DNA of 64,000 nucleotides from Planctomycetota bacterium (GCA_029259695.1 JAJDEQ010000144.1:1501-65500); one strand, 5' to 3'; counted from the stretch's first letter, positions 48,101-58,166 are shown. The notes: generated by a model from the letters alone, not told the origin. A program made the numbers and translations.

Positions 48101-49122
48101 TCCGCGAGCAGTTCGCGCAGGGCCGGCACCAGCTCCCGTGGGGCGAGCCGGCTGGGAGGCTGCTCGCGCAGGTCGGGGTCCTCGAAGAACGCGTTGCCCA
48201 CCAGGCCGGCGTCCCCGAAACCGAGCAGGGCGACCGGTGCGGCCAAGGCAGTGTGCCACCACACGCCCTCGCGCGGTCCCGGCCCTTCGAGGGCCTCGAG
48301 GGCGGCGGCCACCGGCTCCAGCGGACGTCGCGCCAAGGGCGTGAAGCTGACCGTGTCGAACCACGATTCGTCACGGTAGGCGAATCGGTAGCGGTAGCCG
48401 TCGCTGCCGGGTTGGATCAACAACACGCGGTAGGCCGGGCCGGCGGCGTGGTGCAGGGCGATGGCGGTGAGCGGCTCGGCGCTGGTGACCACCGCCAGAT
48501 CCTCGTCGGGGAAGCGCTCCACCGGCGGTCCGCGCCCGGCATCGATGTTCTCGACCTGCCGGCTGATGAGCTCGTGCCGGGGCTCCCACAGGGCGCGCCA
48601 CGCCCAGGGGTCGTCGAGCACGGCGTCCATGCGCTCCAGCAGCCAGTCGTAGCCCCGGGCCCAGCGGGTCTCCTGGTCGGTTCCGGCGGGGATCTGCGCC
48701 GCGAGCGGGGAGGCCCGGTGCTTCGTGATCGACATCACCGTGAGCTCGACCGCCAGGGCATCGGGACCGTGCCAGGTGGCGAAGTCGCCGGTGGCAGCCG
48801 CGCGCAGCATGGCGTCGGCCCGGGGCAGGGCCCGATCGGGGTGCATCACCGCGAAGGCCGACAGCACCCCGTCGGTGTCGAAGTGGTTCTGCGCGAAGAC
48901 CTCCACCGGCCCCACGAGCCGCCGCTGCTCCAGGGCCGGGCGCCCGGCGAAATCGAGCGCGATGCCCGTGCTGAGGTCGTGTTTCAGCTCAGCGGGGGTC
49001 GTGTTGCCCGGCCAATGGCTCAGGCTGCGGAAGCCGGCCTCGGTTCCGTCCACATAGACCGTGACGGCCGGGTCCGGCTGCCGCGGGAGGAACTCGAAGC
49101 GCGCTGTCGTCTGGATGCCCAC
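48097..49122 (-). CDS. Uncharacterised protein, DUF6687/DHH-like (start uncertain, 49122 or 49176)
   Basis: VYVDG...LSHWPGNTTP...DLSTGI...QNHFDTDGVLS...ATGDF motif pattern. Confidence 0.65.
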   Translation of the reverse strand: MGIQTTARFEFLPRQPDPAVTVYVDGTEAGFRSLSHWPGNTTPAELKHDLSTGIALDFAGRPALEQRRLVGPVEVFAQNHFDTDGVLSAFAVMHPDRALPRADAMLRAAATGDFATWHGPDALAVELTVMSITKHRASPLAAQIPAGTDQETRWARGYDWLLERMDAVLDDPWAWRALWEPRHELISRQVENIDAGRGPPVERFPDEDLAVVTSAEPLTAIALHHAAGPAYRVLLIQPGSDGYRYRFAYRDESWFDTVSFTPLARRPLEPVAAALEALEGPGPREGVWWHTALAAPVALLGFGDAGLVGNAFFEDPDLREQPPSRLAPRELVPALRELLAD

Positions 49123-49349
49123 AAGCAGGCGCCGGATAGCACACCCGCTAGAGAGCGGGGGCGCCATCCGGCGCATGGGTGCGACGATTCGGCCGAATCG
49201 TGCGGCGAGGCCGGAGCCAGCGATCCAGCGAGCGGGCCGACCTCCGGCACCACTCGTCTCGGGGAGTCACCTCGCCCGAGAGGTTCGCAGCTGACCTGCG
49301 CCTGGGTGTCCCGCATCGGCCGCAGTGCGGCGATACGCGACGTCCCCGA

Positions 49350-49532
49350 TTAGAGGTCGTGAGGCCGGACGGTCGAACGCTTGTTGGACTGCGTGCGTTC
49401 GCACGCCTTGTCGAGAGCCTCTCGCACCAGCTGTGACACGGCGTCGGAGAGGTCACCCGAGCACATGAGGCCCTTGGTCTTCACGTAGGCCTTCACCTTG
49501 CTACCGATCACCAGGCTTTCCTTGTCCGCCAT
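49350..49532 (-). CDS. Bacterial histone-fold protein (60 aa)
   Basis: MADKESLVIGSKVKAYVKTKGLMCSGDLSDAVSQLVREALDKACERTQSNKRSTVRPHDL; GGGAG RBS 8 nt before ATG; histone-fold R-x-T-V-x-x-x-D-L end. Confidence 0.88.
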   Translation of the reverse strand: MADKESLVIGSKVKAYVKTKGLMCSGDLSDAVSQLVREALDKACERTQSNKRSTVRPHDL

Positions 49533-49844
49533 CTCGAACACTCCCTTAAACCGTGGTTTCAGCGCTCCATGCGCGCGCCGACACCATACCGCCCGAGGGT
49601 CCCGAACAAGCGCCTTTTGTATGTTTCTCGCGCGGTCTGGTTCCCGGCCGGTCGGGGACACCCTGGCCGGCGGGCCCCGCTTGCGAGCCTGAACGGGCCG
49701 CTGCATGCGTTGCGATGCATATATTTGCCGGCTGCAGGGGCCTCCGACGACCCGTCGCCGCAGGCCGGCCGTTTGATCGCGTTCGGTGTGAGTGGTAAGA
49801 CCGCGCGTTCGACAGACCAGTTCGTTTCAGGCCCCGAGGTCACG

Positions 49845-50384
49845 ATGAAAACGTTCGCCGCCCTACTGCTTACCTTGGTGCTGCTGCCCGCGTGCCACAC
49901 GACGCCCACCAAGAACTACTTCGTGAACCGGGGTGGCGACCTGACCGACATCCTCAGGGGCCACGTGATGTGGGGCAAGGGCATCGCGCTCAAGCTCGAG
50001 GTCACCCGTCTGCTGCACCTCGGTGGCGGCTGGTGGGACGCCCAGGCATGGGGACTGAGCAACCGCGAGGTCGGCGGCTGGCACGAGCAGGTGGGGACCT
50101 GGGGTCTGATCCTCGGTGAGTACCACGAGCGGGACGTCTACGACATCGATCGCGTAAGTGGCAGCTACGGCTGGCGCTTCGCGGAGGAGGGCGGCACGTC
50201 GTTCCATCAGGCCGACCCCGACAACCCGCTCGACCTGCTCACGGTGCGCGCCGACCTGATGCTCTTCGTGGGCATCGATCTCGAGGTTCGCGTGGGCGAG
50301 GTGATCGACTTCGTTGCGGGCATCTTCCAGTTCGACCCGGCCAACGACGACAACGACTACACGTCCGTCATCGACACCCCGTAA
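49845..50384 (+). CDS. Hypothetical lipoprotein (paralog 1)
   Basis: Lipobox LPAC; NRGGDLTDILRGHVMWGKGIALKLEVT. Confidence 0.8.
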   Translation: MKTFAALLLTLVLLPACHTTPTKNYFVNRGGDLTDILRGHVMWGKGIALKLEVTRLLHLGGGWWDAQAWGLSNREVGGWHEQVGTWGLILGEYHERDVYDIDRVSGSYGWRFAEEGGTSFHQADPDNPLDLLTVRADLMLFVGIDLEVRVGEVIDFVAGIFQFDPANDDNDYTSVIDTP

Positions 50385-50397
50385 CGGGCGACGCGAC

Positions 50398-51027
50398 GTG
50401 GCTCGCAGTTCCCCGTCTCGCCGGGCACCGGCACGGCGTCCCGCGCCGGTGCTGTGCGTGCTCGCGTTGGCGGTCGCGAGCGCGTGCTCGGCAGTGGGCG
50501 ACTACGCCGCCGATCGCGGTCACGACCTCGAGGACCTGCTGCGTGGTCACGTGATGGCCGGCCGCGGCATCGGCGCCAAACTCGAGCTGACCCACTTCAT
50601 CCAACTCGGCTACGACAACTACTACGCCGACGCGGCGGGCTGGACCGGGCGTCAGTGGGCGACGTGGCGCGAAGAGATCTTCGGCTGGGGTCTGCTGGTG
50701 GGACAGCACCGGGAGACGCTCGAAGGGATCGACCGCATCAGCGGGAGCTACGGCTGGGCCGGCGGCGACGCCCGGTTCGACGGCGCCGACTCGGGCGGCC
50801 CCCTGGACTGGCTCACGTTGCGCGCGCGCCTGTTCATGTTCTTCGGGGTGGACCTCGAAGTGCGCGTGGGTGAGGTGCTCGACTTCGCTGTGGGCCTGTT
50901 TGGTTTCGACCCCTCCGGTGACGACGGAGCCGTCCACGCGGGTCCGACGAAGAACAGCTACGAGCAGCCGGAGGCGACGCCGCAGGTCGAGGAATCGCTC
51001 CCGGACCCGGGGGACGGGGTCGGCTGA
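50398..51027 (+). CDS. Hypothetical lipoprotein (paralog 2)
   Basis: Lipobox ASAC; DRGHDLEDLLRGHVMAGRGIGAKLELT; clearly similar to 49845-50384. Confidence 0.78.
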   Translation: MARSSPSRRAPARRPAPVLCVLALAVASACSAVGDYAADRGHDLEDLLRGHVMAGRGIGAKLELTHFIQLGYDNYYADAAGWTGRQWATWREEIFGWGLLVGQHRETLEGIDRISGSYGWAGGDARFDGADSGGPLDWLTLRARLFMFFGVDLEVRVGEVLDFAVGLFGFDPSGDDGAVHAGPTKNSYEQPEATPQVEESLPDPGDGVG

Positions 51028-51042
51028 GCGCCGGGCCCGCAC

Positions 51043-51152
51043 GGCTCGCGACCGTGGCCCCGTAGGGCTCGCGACCGTGGGCCGCAGGGCGCGCGACCGT
51101 GGGCTGCAGGGCTCGCGACCGTGGTCTGCAGGGCTCGCGACCGTGGGCCGCA
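51043..51152. repeat. Five tandem 22-bp units at a convergent junction
   Basis: Consensus gggctcgcgaccgtgggccgca; units start at 51043, 51065, 51087, 51109, 51131. Confidence 0.9.
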
Positions 51153-51156
51153 GCGC

Positions 51157-53733
51157 CTACTCGTCGCGCCGCAGTTCGGCGTCCAGCAGCCGGTGGGTCT
51201 CGAACAGGCTGCGCCAGTCGCCCTGGAACGCCTCCAGCGGGAGTGGGTCGTTGGGTTGCGCACTGCGCACGGTGACACCGAGGCCCACGACCGTCCCCGG
51301 AACCAGACGCAGTCCTTCGACCTCGACCGCATCCGGGACCGCGTGCACGTGCGGTGCACCCGGGCCCATGCGCTCCGGCAGGAACGCGGTGAGCACGTAG
51401 CGCCCGTTCTGCCGCTCGGCGCCCACGAAGGCGCCGGGCACCGGTCGCCGCCCGACGAACACGCCCTGTGGCGCGTGGTGGGCGCGCAGCGCGATGCGCG
51501 CCGGACCGCACCACACGTCCGAGCCCACGGCGTCCTCGCCGCGGGTCACGCCGTCGGTCTCCCAGCGCCCGAGCCGGCCGCTGCCGTCGAGGTCCAGGAA
51601 CACGTCGCAGGCGCGGTCGGTGCTGACGCGCAGCGTGATGCCCTGCTCGTTCCAGCACGCGCGCAGTTCGATGGCCGTGTCGCGCAGGGGCGGGAGTTCG
51701 TCGCCCTGCGCGCCGGGTGGCGTCGTGCGGCGTGGGGGCAGGGTGGCGATGACGACCGGTTGGTCGCCGTAGGGGATCACGCCGGCGAAGGGGATCAGCG
51801 GCGCCGGGTCGTCGCCGTCCGCCAGGCCGTCGCCGTCGGTGTCGGGATGCCGCGGGTTGCACGAGGCATACAGTCCGGCCGCGGCCTCGGCGAGGTCGTC
51901 CAGTCCGTCGCCGTCGGTGTCGGCCACGGCGGGGTCGCTGCCGAAGCGACGCTCATCGAGGGGCAGCCGTCGGTCGTCGTCGGCCAGGCCGTCGCCGTCG
52001 CTGTCGACCGTCTCGAAGGTCCGGCGACGGGGCCAGCAGATTTGTTCCCAGGCGTCGAAGTCGGCGAAGAGCCGAGCCAGTCCGTCCCAGGCCTCTCCGG
52101 CGTCGAAGGGGCGGCCGCGCTGGCTGCCCAGGCGGCCGGTGAGGACGTCGTTCGCGTAGTGCCCGCTGGGCCAGTCGTCGATGCCCACGGCCGGCGCCAT
52201 GTCGAGTTCGAGCAGGTGGTGCACCTCGTGCGCGAAGCTCCACGCCATGCCCGGGGCGCCGCCCATGGCGCCGGGTGGCGTGGGCACCGGCTCGGGACGC
52301 CCCATGGCGCCGGCCGTGTCGCCCAGCAGGGTGAAGCCCGAGTAGCTCCCCGAGAGGTCACCGGCCACGGCGAAGACCATGCCGAACTGATCGTCGCCGA
52401 CGCCCAGGGCGCGCAGGCGAGCCTCGATCGCACCCATGGTGGGGCCGGCCGTGACCGGGGTCGGGCCGTCGACTGCCAGGTAGGTGGGGTCGAGCAGGAA
52501 GCGCCCGCGCGATTGCAGGTAGATGAAGCGCCGCGCCGCATCGATGCCGTCCACCAGGCGCTCGACCTCGCCGTCGGGGAGACTGTCGGAGAACAGCACC
52601 ACGAGCAGCGGGAAGCGCCCGGGGTCGATCATCCCCGCGGGCTTGCGCGAGTGGGTGCGGACGCGCGACTCGGCGCTGAGTTCGCCGAGCGGGTTGCCGA
52701 ACCCGTCGATGCGCCGATAGCTGTACTGGTACGCCTGGCCGGGTGCGACGGAATCATCGACGTAGACGTTGCTCTCGGTGCGCCCCATGCGTTGGGGTTG
52801 CTTCACGCCGGCGTTGCGACGCAGCACTTCGAACGGCGGCGTGCCCTCGAGCAGCAGCTCGGCCACGCGCCATCCGGGACGGCTGCCCGGCGCCGGGGGG
52901 GAAGCCGCGAGGGGACGCACGAGGCAGTCTCTGCGCGCACCCTCGAGGCTGCCGATGCGCGGTGAGATGGAGATCGGCCCGCCGACCAGCGTCACCGCGC
53001 GTCCACCCTCGGCGAGGGCCAGGGCGCGGGCCGGTTGGACGTTCAGTTGAGCTCGGCCCGTGAGTTCCGGTCGCCCGCCGAGGCTGTCGCGCCCGACGAC
53101 CCTGATCGGGAAGCTGCCGCCCTCCGGGAGCGTCTCGGGCACGTTCTCGAGCGACAGCGCCTCGATCGTCACGAGGCCCCTCACGTCGATCTCGCCCACG
53201 CTCACCGGACCGTCGCCGAGGCGTTCGACTTCGATCTCGAGCCGACGGGTGTTCACGTCGCGCAGGCCGAAGGTGGCCGCGCCGCCGCCGTCCACCACGA
53301 ACTCACCGGCGGCGAAACGGCTCCCATCGGCCTCGACCACGGTCAGCCGCACCTCGCACGCGTCCAGGCCGCCCGGCGTGACGCGCACGCGCCGCACGAC
53401 GAGTCGCTGCGGGAAGTCGATCAGGAAGCGGGCCGGATTCGAGTCGGTGGCGAAGACCGTGACGCTGTTGTCGTCGAACAGGGCCTCCACGCGGCCGGCC
53501 ACCCGGGGCGGAGTGTCGACGGCGATCACCCCGAGTCGTCGCCACCCGGCCAGGTCCACGTCGGCGACCACCGCCTCCTGGGCCCCCAGCGCCGCGGCGA
53601 GGGCAGCCTGCGCGATCGCGACCCGGATCAGGCGGGGGCTCCAGTGGGACCCGCGCCGGCCCGACGCGGACCGCTCGCCGGCGGTGACGGATCGAGGCGA
53701 GGAGCCGATGTGGGTGGGCCGGGAGGCTGCCAT
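51157..53733 (-). CDS. Secreted multidomain protein with HExxH zincin-like motif and Ca-binding DxDGDG repeats (start uncertain)
   Basis: Signal ending ALGA-QE; discoidin-like and FN3-like segments (YVDDSVAPGQAYQY); AHEVHH; DSDGDGL, DTDGDGL x2. Confidence 0.72.
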   Translation of the reverse strand: MAASRPTHIGSSPRSVTAGERSASGRRGSHWSPRLIRVAIAQAALAAALGAQEAVVADVDLAGWRRLGVIAVDTPPRVAGRVEALFDDNSVTVFATDSNPARFLIDFPQRLVVRRVRVTPGGLDACEVRLTVVEADGSRFAAGEFVVDGGGAATFGLRDVNTRRLEIEVERLGDGPVSVGEIDVRGLVTIEALSLENVPETLPEGGSFPIRVVGRDSLGGRPELTGRAQLNVQPARALALAEGGRAVTLVGGPISISPRIGSLEGARRDCLVRPLAASPPAPGSRPGWRVAELLLEGTPPFEVLRRNAGVKQPQRMGRTESNVYVDDSVAPGQAYQYSYRRIDGFGNPLGELSAESRVRTHSRKPAGMIDPGRFPLLVVLFSDSLPDGEVERLVDGIDAARRFIYLQSRGRFLLDPTYLAVDGPTPVTAGPTMGAIEARLRALGVGDDQFGMVFAVAGDLSGSYSGFTLLGDTAGAMGRPEPVPTPPGAMGGAPGMAWSFAHEVHHLLELDMAPAVGIDDWPSGHYANDVLTGRLGSQRGRPFDAGEAWDGLARLFADFDAWEQICWPRRRTFETVDSDGDGLADDDRRLPLDERRFGSDPAVADTDGDGLDDLAEAAAGLYASCNPRHPDTDGDGLADGDDPAPLIPFAGVIPYGDQPVVIATLPPRRTTPPGAQGDELPPLRDTAIELRACWNEQGITLRVSTDRACDVFLDLDGSGRLGRWETDGVTRGEDAVGSDVWCGPARIALRAHHAPQGVFVGRRPVPGAFVGAERQNGRYVLTAFLPERMGPGAPHVHAVPDAVEVEGLRLVPGTVVGLGVTVRSAQPNDPLPLEAFQGDWRSLFETHRLLDAELRRDE

Positions 53734-53851
53734 GACGAGATCATGCGACCCGCTGGTGTCGCGGGACAAGACCGCCGAGCCCGAGACCTTTTGGTCTCCG
53801 CGGCAGGTGCTCTCTGGCGCTGGAGCCGTCACTCGCGTAATTGTGCGCGCC

Positions 53852-55381
53852 ATGCCAAGTCTGCTCATGGGCCAAGCTCCTCTCGGGCTGGGGGAGTTGG
53901 AGCGTCTCTCAAGCCCCCGCCCCCCCCGACTGGGCCTCGCCGACGAGGCCCGAGTGCGGGTCGTCGCGGCTCGGGGCGCCGTCGATCGGGCGATGAAGGC
54001 GGGGCGCGTGTGTTACGGCGTGAACACCGGCTTCGGGCGTCTCGCCCAGACGGTGGTGCCGGCCGGCAAGTTGCGTGCGCTGCAGGTGAACCTGGTACGC
54101 AGCCACGCGGTCGGCGTGGGGGCACCCCTCGACCCGCGCGTCTGCCGACTCGCCTTCGCGTTGCGCATCGCGAACCTCTCCCGTGGCTACTCCGGCGTGC
54201 GCGAGGCCCTGGTCGACCACGCCATGGCCGTCTTCAACGCGGGCATCGTGCCGGTGCTGCCGTCGCAGGGTTCGGTGGGGGCGTCGGGGGATCTGGCGCC
54301 GCTGGCGCACATGGCGCTGGTGCTGATCGGCGAGGGCAAGGCCTGGGTCGGGCGTCGCGCGATGGACGGCGGCGCGGCGCTGGAGCGGCGCGGTCTCTCC
54401 GCGATCCGACTGCAGAGCAAGGAGGGGTTGGCGCTCGTCAACGGCACCCAGGTCTCCACGGCGATCCTGATCGACGCGCTGCTCGCGGCACGGCGACTGG
54501 CGCGTGTGGCGGACATCGCCTGCGCGCTCACCCTGGAAGCACACAAGGGCACCGACAGCGCCTTCGACGAACGGCTGCACCTCGTGCGCGGGCAGCTCGG
54601 CCAGATCCGTGTGGCCGAGACGCTGCGACGCCTGCTCGCGGACAGCGCGATCCTGAGCAGCCATCGCGATTGCGAGCGTGTGCAGGATCCCTACAGCCTG
54701 CGCTGCGTGCCCCAGGTCCACGGTGCATCGCGTGACACGCTGGAGTACGTGACCGGCGTCGTCGAGCGGGAAGCCAACGCCGTGACCGACAACCCGATCG
54801 TGTTCGACAACGGGGACATCGTGTCGGGGGGGAACTTCCACGCCCAGCCCATCGCCCTCGCGGCCGATGCACTCAAGGTGGCCGCGGCCGAGTTCGCGAG
54901 CATCTCCGAACGGCGCATCGAGCTGCTGGTCAATCCCGACGTGTCGGGGCTGCCGGCGTTCCTCGCGCGCGAGAGCGGCGTGCAGAGCGGGCTCATGATC
55001 GCGCAGGTGGCCGCCGCCGCCCTCGTGTCCGAGAACAAGGTGCTCGCGCATCCCGCTTCGGTGGATTCGATCCCGACCTCCGCCGGCAAGGAAGACCACG
55101 TCTCGATGGCGACACACGCCGCGCGGCACGCCCGCACGATCGTCGACAACGCGACGCATGTGCTCGCGCTCGAACTCATGACGGGCTTCCACGGCCTGGC
55201 GTTCGAGAAACGGTTGCGTCCAGGGCGGGGTGTTGCCGCCGCGCGCGCCGTCCTCTCGGAGGTGCTCGCGCCGCTCGTCACCGACAGGGTGTTGGCGGGC
55301 GACGTCGAGGCCGTCGTCGGGGTGATCGCCGACGGCAGCCTGGCGGCTGCGGTCGAGGAGGCCGTCGGCCCGCTGGACTGA
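53852..55381 (+). CDS. hutH: Histidine ammonia-lyase
   Basis: YGVNTGFG, MIO-forming GSVGASGDLAPLAH, GLALVNGT, QDPYSLRCVPQVHG, SGGNFH, KEDHVSM. Confidence 0.95.
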   Translation: MPSLLMGQAPLGLGELERLSSPRPPRLGLADEARVRVVAARGAVDRAMKAGRVCYGVNTGFGRLAQTVVPAGKLRALQVNLVRSHAVGVGAPLDPRVCRLAFALRIANLSRGYSGVREALVDHAMAVFNAGIVPVLPSQGSVGASGDLAPLAHMALVLIGEGKAWVGRRAMDGGAALERRGLSAIRLQSKEGLALVNGTQVSTAILIDALLAARRLARVADIACALTLEAHKGTDSAFDERLHLVRGQLGQIRVAETLRRLLADSAILSSHRDCERVQDPYSLRCVPQVHGASRDTLEYVTGVVEREANAVTDNPIVFDNGDIVSGGNFHAQPIALAADALKVAAAEFASISERRIELLVNPDVSGLPAFLARESGVQSGLMIAQVAAAALVSENKVLAHPASVDSIPTSAGKEDHVSMATHAARHARTIVDNATHVLALELMTGFHGLAFEKRLRPGRGVAAARAVLSEVLAPLVTDRVLAGDVEAVVGVIADGSLAAAVEEAVGPLD

Positions 55382-55405
55382 CCGCCGGCTCGCTGTGCCA
55401 ACTGC

Positions 55406-55433
55406 TGGACGTTCGCGCGCCGCTGCCTAAGAT
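55406..55433 (+). promoter_or_regulatory. Possible sigma70-type promoter for hutU
   Basis: TGGACG-N16-TAAGAT, 17 nt before the hutU ATG. Confidence 0.35.
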
Positions 55434-55450
55434 CGCGGCGGGAGCCCCAG

Positions 55451-57112
55451 ATGACCAACTCGTTGCAACGCACCGTGATCGCCCCCCGGGGCACGAGCCT
55501 GACCGCCAAGAGCTGGCTGGCCGAAGCACCCCTGCGCATGCTCATGAACAACCTCGACCCCGAGGTGGCCGAGGACCCCGATCGCCTCGTCGTGTACGGC
55601 GGTTCGGGTCGGGCGGCCCGCAGCTGGGAGGACTTCGACCGGATCTGCCAGGCGTTGCGTGAACTCGAGACCGACGAGACGCTGCTGGTGCAGTCCGGGC
55701 GGGCCGTGGGGGTCTTCCGCACCCACCGCGACGCGCCGCGCGTGCTGATCGCCAACAGCAACCTGGTGGGGCGCTGGGCGAACTGGGAGCACTTCAACGA
55801 GCTCGAGCGCCAGGGCCTGATCATGTTCGGGCAGATGACGGCCGGCTCGTGGATCTACATCGGGAGCCAGGGGATCGTCCAGGGCACCTACGAGACCTTC
55901 GAGGCCGTGGGCGCTCAGCACTTCGGTGGCTCGCTCGACCGGCGGCTCGTGGTGAGTGGCGGACTGGGCGGGATGGGCGGGGCCCAGCCGCTCGCCGCCG
56001 TGATGACCGGCGGCACGTTCCTCGCGGCGGACGTCGACGCGACCCGTATCGAGAAGCGCCTCGCCACCCGCTACATCGACGCCCGGATCGACGATCTCGA
56101 CGAGGCGATCGAGACGGCCCTGGCCTGGAAGCAAGCGGGTGAGGCCAAGTCGATCGGCTGGGTCGGTAATCAGGTCGAGCTGCTCGAGGCGCTGGTTGCT
56201 CGCGGTGTGACGCCCGACGTCCTGACCGACCAGACGAGCGCACACGACCCGCTCAACGGCTACGTGCCGCGGGACATGAGCTTCGATCAGGCCCTGGCCC
56301 TGCGCGAAGACGACCCCGACACCTACCGCCAGCGCTCACTGGCCACCATGGTCGACCACATCCGGGCCATGCGCGCGCTGCAGGATCGCGGGGCGGTGAC
56401 GTTCGACTACGGCAACAACCTGCGCGGCTTCGCCGAGACGGCGGGAGCCGAGGACGCCTTCCGCATCCCGGGTTTCGTCCCCGAGTACATCCGGCCCCTG
56501 TTCTGTCTGGGGAAGGGGCCGTTCCGTTGGGCCGCCCTGTCGGGTGACCCGGCCGACATCCACGCCACCGACGAGGCCGTGTTGCGGTTGTTCCCGGAGG
56601 ACGCACCGCTCGCCCGCTGGATCCGGCTGGCTCAGGAGCGCATTGCGTTCCAGGGCCTGCCGGCGCGGATCTGCTGGCTCGGCCAGGGCGATCGCGCCAA
56701 GCTGGGTCTGGAGATCAACCGGCTCGTGGCCGACGGCACGATCAGCGCGCCGATCGTGATCGGACGCGACCACCTCGACACGGGGTCGGTTGCGTCGCCG
56801 AACCGCGAGACCGAGGGCATGCTCGACGGCACGGACGCCGTGGCGGACTGGCCGCTGCTCAACGCGCTGCTGAACACCGCGTCGGGCGCCACCTGGGTCT
56901 CGTTGCACCACGGGGGCGGCGTGGGCATCGGCTACAGCCAACACGCGGGCCAGGTCATCGTCGCGGACGGGACGCCCGAGGCGGCTGCGCGACTGGAGCG
57001 GGTGCTCACCAACGACCCGGCCAGCGGCGTGATGCGGCATGCACACGCGGGCTACGAGGACGCCATCGCCTGCGCTCGCGACAAGGGGTTGAAGCTCCCC
57101 GGCCTGACCTGA
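55451..57112 (+). CDS. hutU: Urocanate hydratase
   Basis: [68 protein letters not shown]. Confidence 0.97.
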   Translation: MTNSLQRTVIAPRGTSLTAKSWLAEAPLRMLMNNLDPEVAEDPDRLVVYGGSGRAARSWEDFDRICQALRELETDETLLVQSGRAVGVFRTHRDAPRVLIANSNLVGRWANWEHFNELERQGLIMFGQMTAGSWIYIGSQGIVQGTYETFEAVGAQHFGGSLDRRLVVSGGLGGMGGAQPLAAVMTGGTFLAADVDATRIEKRLATRYIDARIDDLDEAIETALAWKQAGEAKSIGWVGNQVELLEALVARGVTPDVLTDQTSAHDPLNGYVPRDMSFDQALALREDDPDTYRQRSLATMVDHIRAMRALQDRGAVTFDYGNNLRGFAETAGAEDAFRIPGFVPEYIRPLFCLGKGPFRWAALSGDPADIHATDEAVLRLFPEDAPLARWIRLAQERIAFQGLPARICWLGQGDRAKLGLEINRLVADGTISAPIVIGRDHLDTGSVASPNRETEGMLDGTDAVADWPLLNALLNTASGATWVSLHHGGGVGIGYSQHAGQVIVADGTPEAAARLERVLTNDPASGVMRHAHAGYEDAIACARDKGLKLPGLT

Positions 57113-57223
57113 GACCTGCGTCGCGAGACGTGGCATCCGCGGGGGCCGCTCGTGCTCGACCTGGACGTCATGACCGACCTGCTCGTGGGCGCCGATCGCT
57201 GACCGTCCGTCGGCGCTCCGGGG

Positions 57224-58069
57224 TCACGCCACGCCGGAGACGAACAGGGCTTCGGCCGGCAGCGCCAGGCCGTCGCCGCGCACGAAGCCGGCGACCCGCT
57301 CGGCCACGAGTTCCGCCGCCTGCCGGCAGAGCGCCTCGCCGAGGGGTTCGCAGCGCTCGGCGATCTTGCCCGACAGGGCCCGCTGCCGTTCGAGCAACTG
57401 ATCGGGACGGGTCTCGGGCAGGATCATCTCGAACGGCAGTCGCTCCTCGCGCGCCTCGCGCCACCCGGCCTGCCGCGCCGTCTCCAGCAGCAGGGGCGAC
57501 TCGCCGAACTCGAACACCGTCCGTCGCGAGGGGACCGGCGGGGCCCCGACCTCGTCCAGCGCTGCCGAGACGCAGGTGAAGTAGGCATTGCAGTCCTTGC
57601 TGCCCCAGGCTGCGACGATCAGGCGACCGCCCGGGTGGACGCAGGTGGCCATGCGCGACAGGGCTTCGCGCGGGTCCGGGAAGAACATCACCCCGAAGCG
57701 CGAGCAGGCTCCGTCGAATGATCCGGCCTCGAAGCTCAACTCCTCGGCGGCGACCTGCTCGACGCGGACCTGCGTCCATGCTTCGTCTTCGACGCGTGCG
57801 CGCAGGGCAGCGACCATCTCGCCCACCCCGTCGGTCGCCATGACCAGGCCGCTGCTGCCGACGCGGGCCGCAATCGCCAGGGCCGGGTCACCCGCTCCGC
57901 AGGCCGTGTCGAGGATGCGCTGTCCCGGCTTGGGCGCCAGGCGAGCGACGAGCGCGGCCGAGACCGGCGCCGTCATGTGCTCGATCACATCGGACTTCTC
58001 GATCCATTGTTCGGCGGCCAGACGCCAGTAATCGAGTTCGGAGTCGGGTGTTCTCGCCGTTTCGTCCAT
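57224..58069 (-). CDS. Class I SAM-dependent methyltransferase
   Basis: ILDTACGAGD, SFDGACSRFGVMFFPDP, HPGGRL. Confidence 0.9.
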   Translation of the reverse strand: MDETARTPDSELDYWRLAAEQWIEKSDVIEHMTAPVSAALVARLAPKPGQRILDTACGAGDPALAIAARVGSSGLVMATDGVGEMVAALRARVEDEAWTQVRVEQVAAEELSFEAGSFDGACSRFGVMFFPDPREALSRMATCVHPGGRLIVAAWGSKDCNAYFTCVSAALDEVGAPPVPSRRTVFEFGESPLLLETARQAGWREAREERLPFEMILPETRPDQLLERQRALSGKIAERCEPLGEALCRQAAELVAERVAGFVRGDGLALPAEALFVSGVA

Positions 58070-58166
58070 TCAAAGCCCTCTCGCGCACGAACGGGTATTC
58101 ATACCAAAAACACGACAACGGGCATAAGTTGTTTGTTTGCAGGCACTTGTAAAATCAGACCATGCA

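Noticed and set aside
48013-51152. Direct-repeat arrays as possible CRISPR
   Set aside because: Units are contiguous with no unique spacers, and there are no cas genes.
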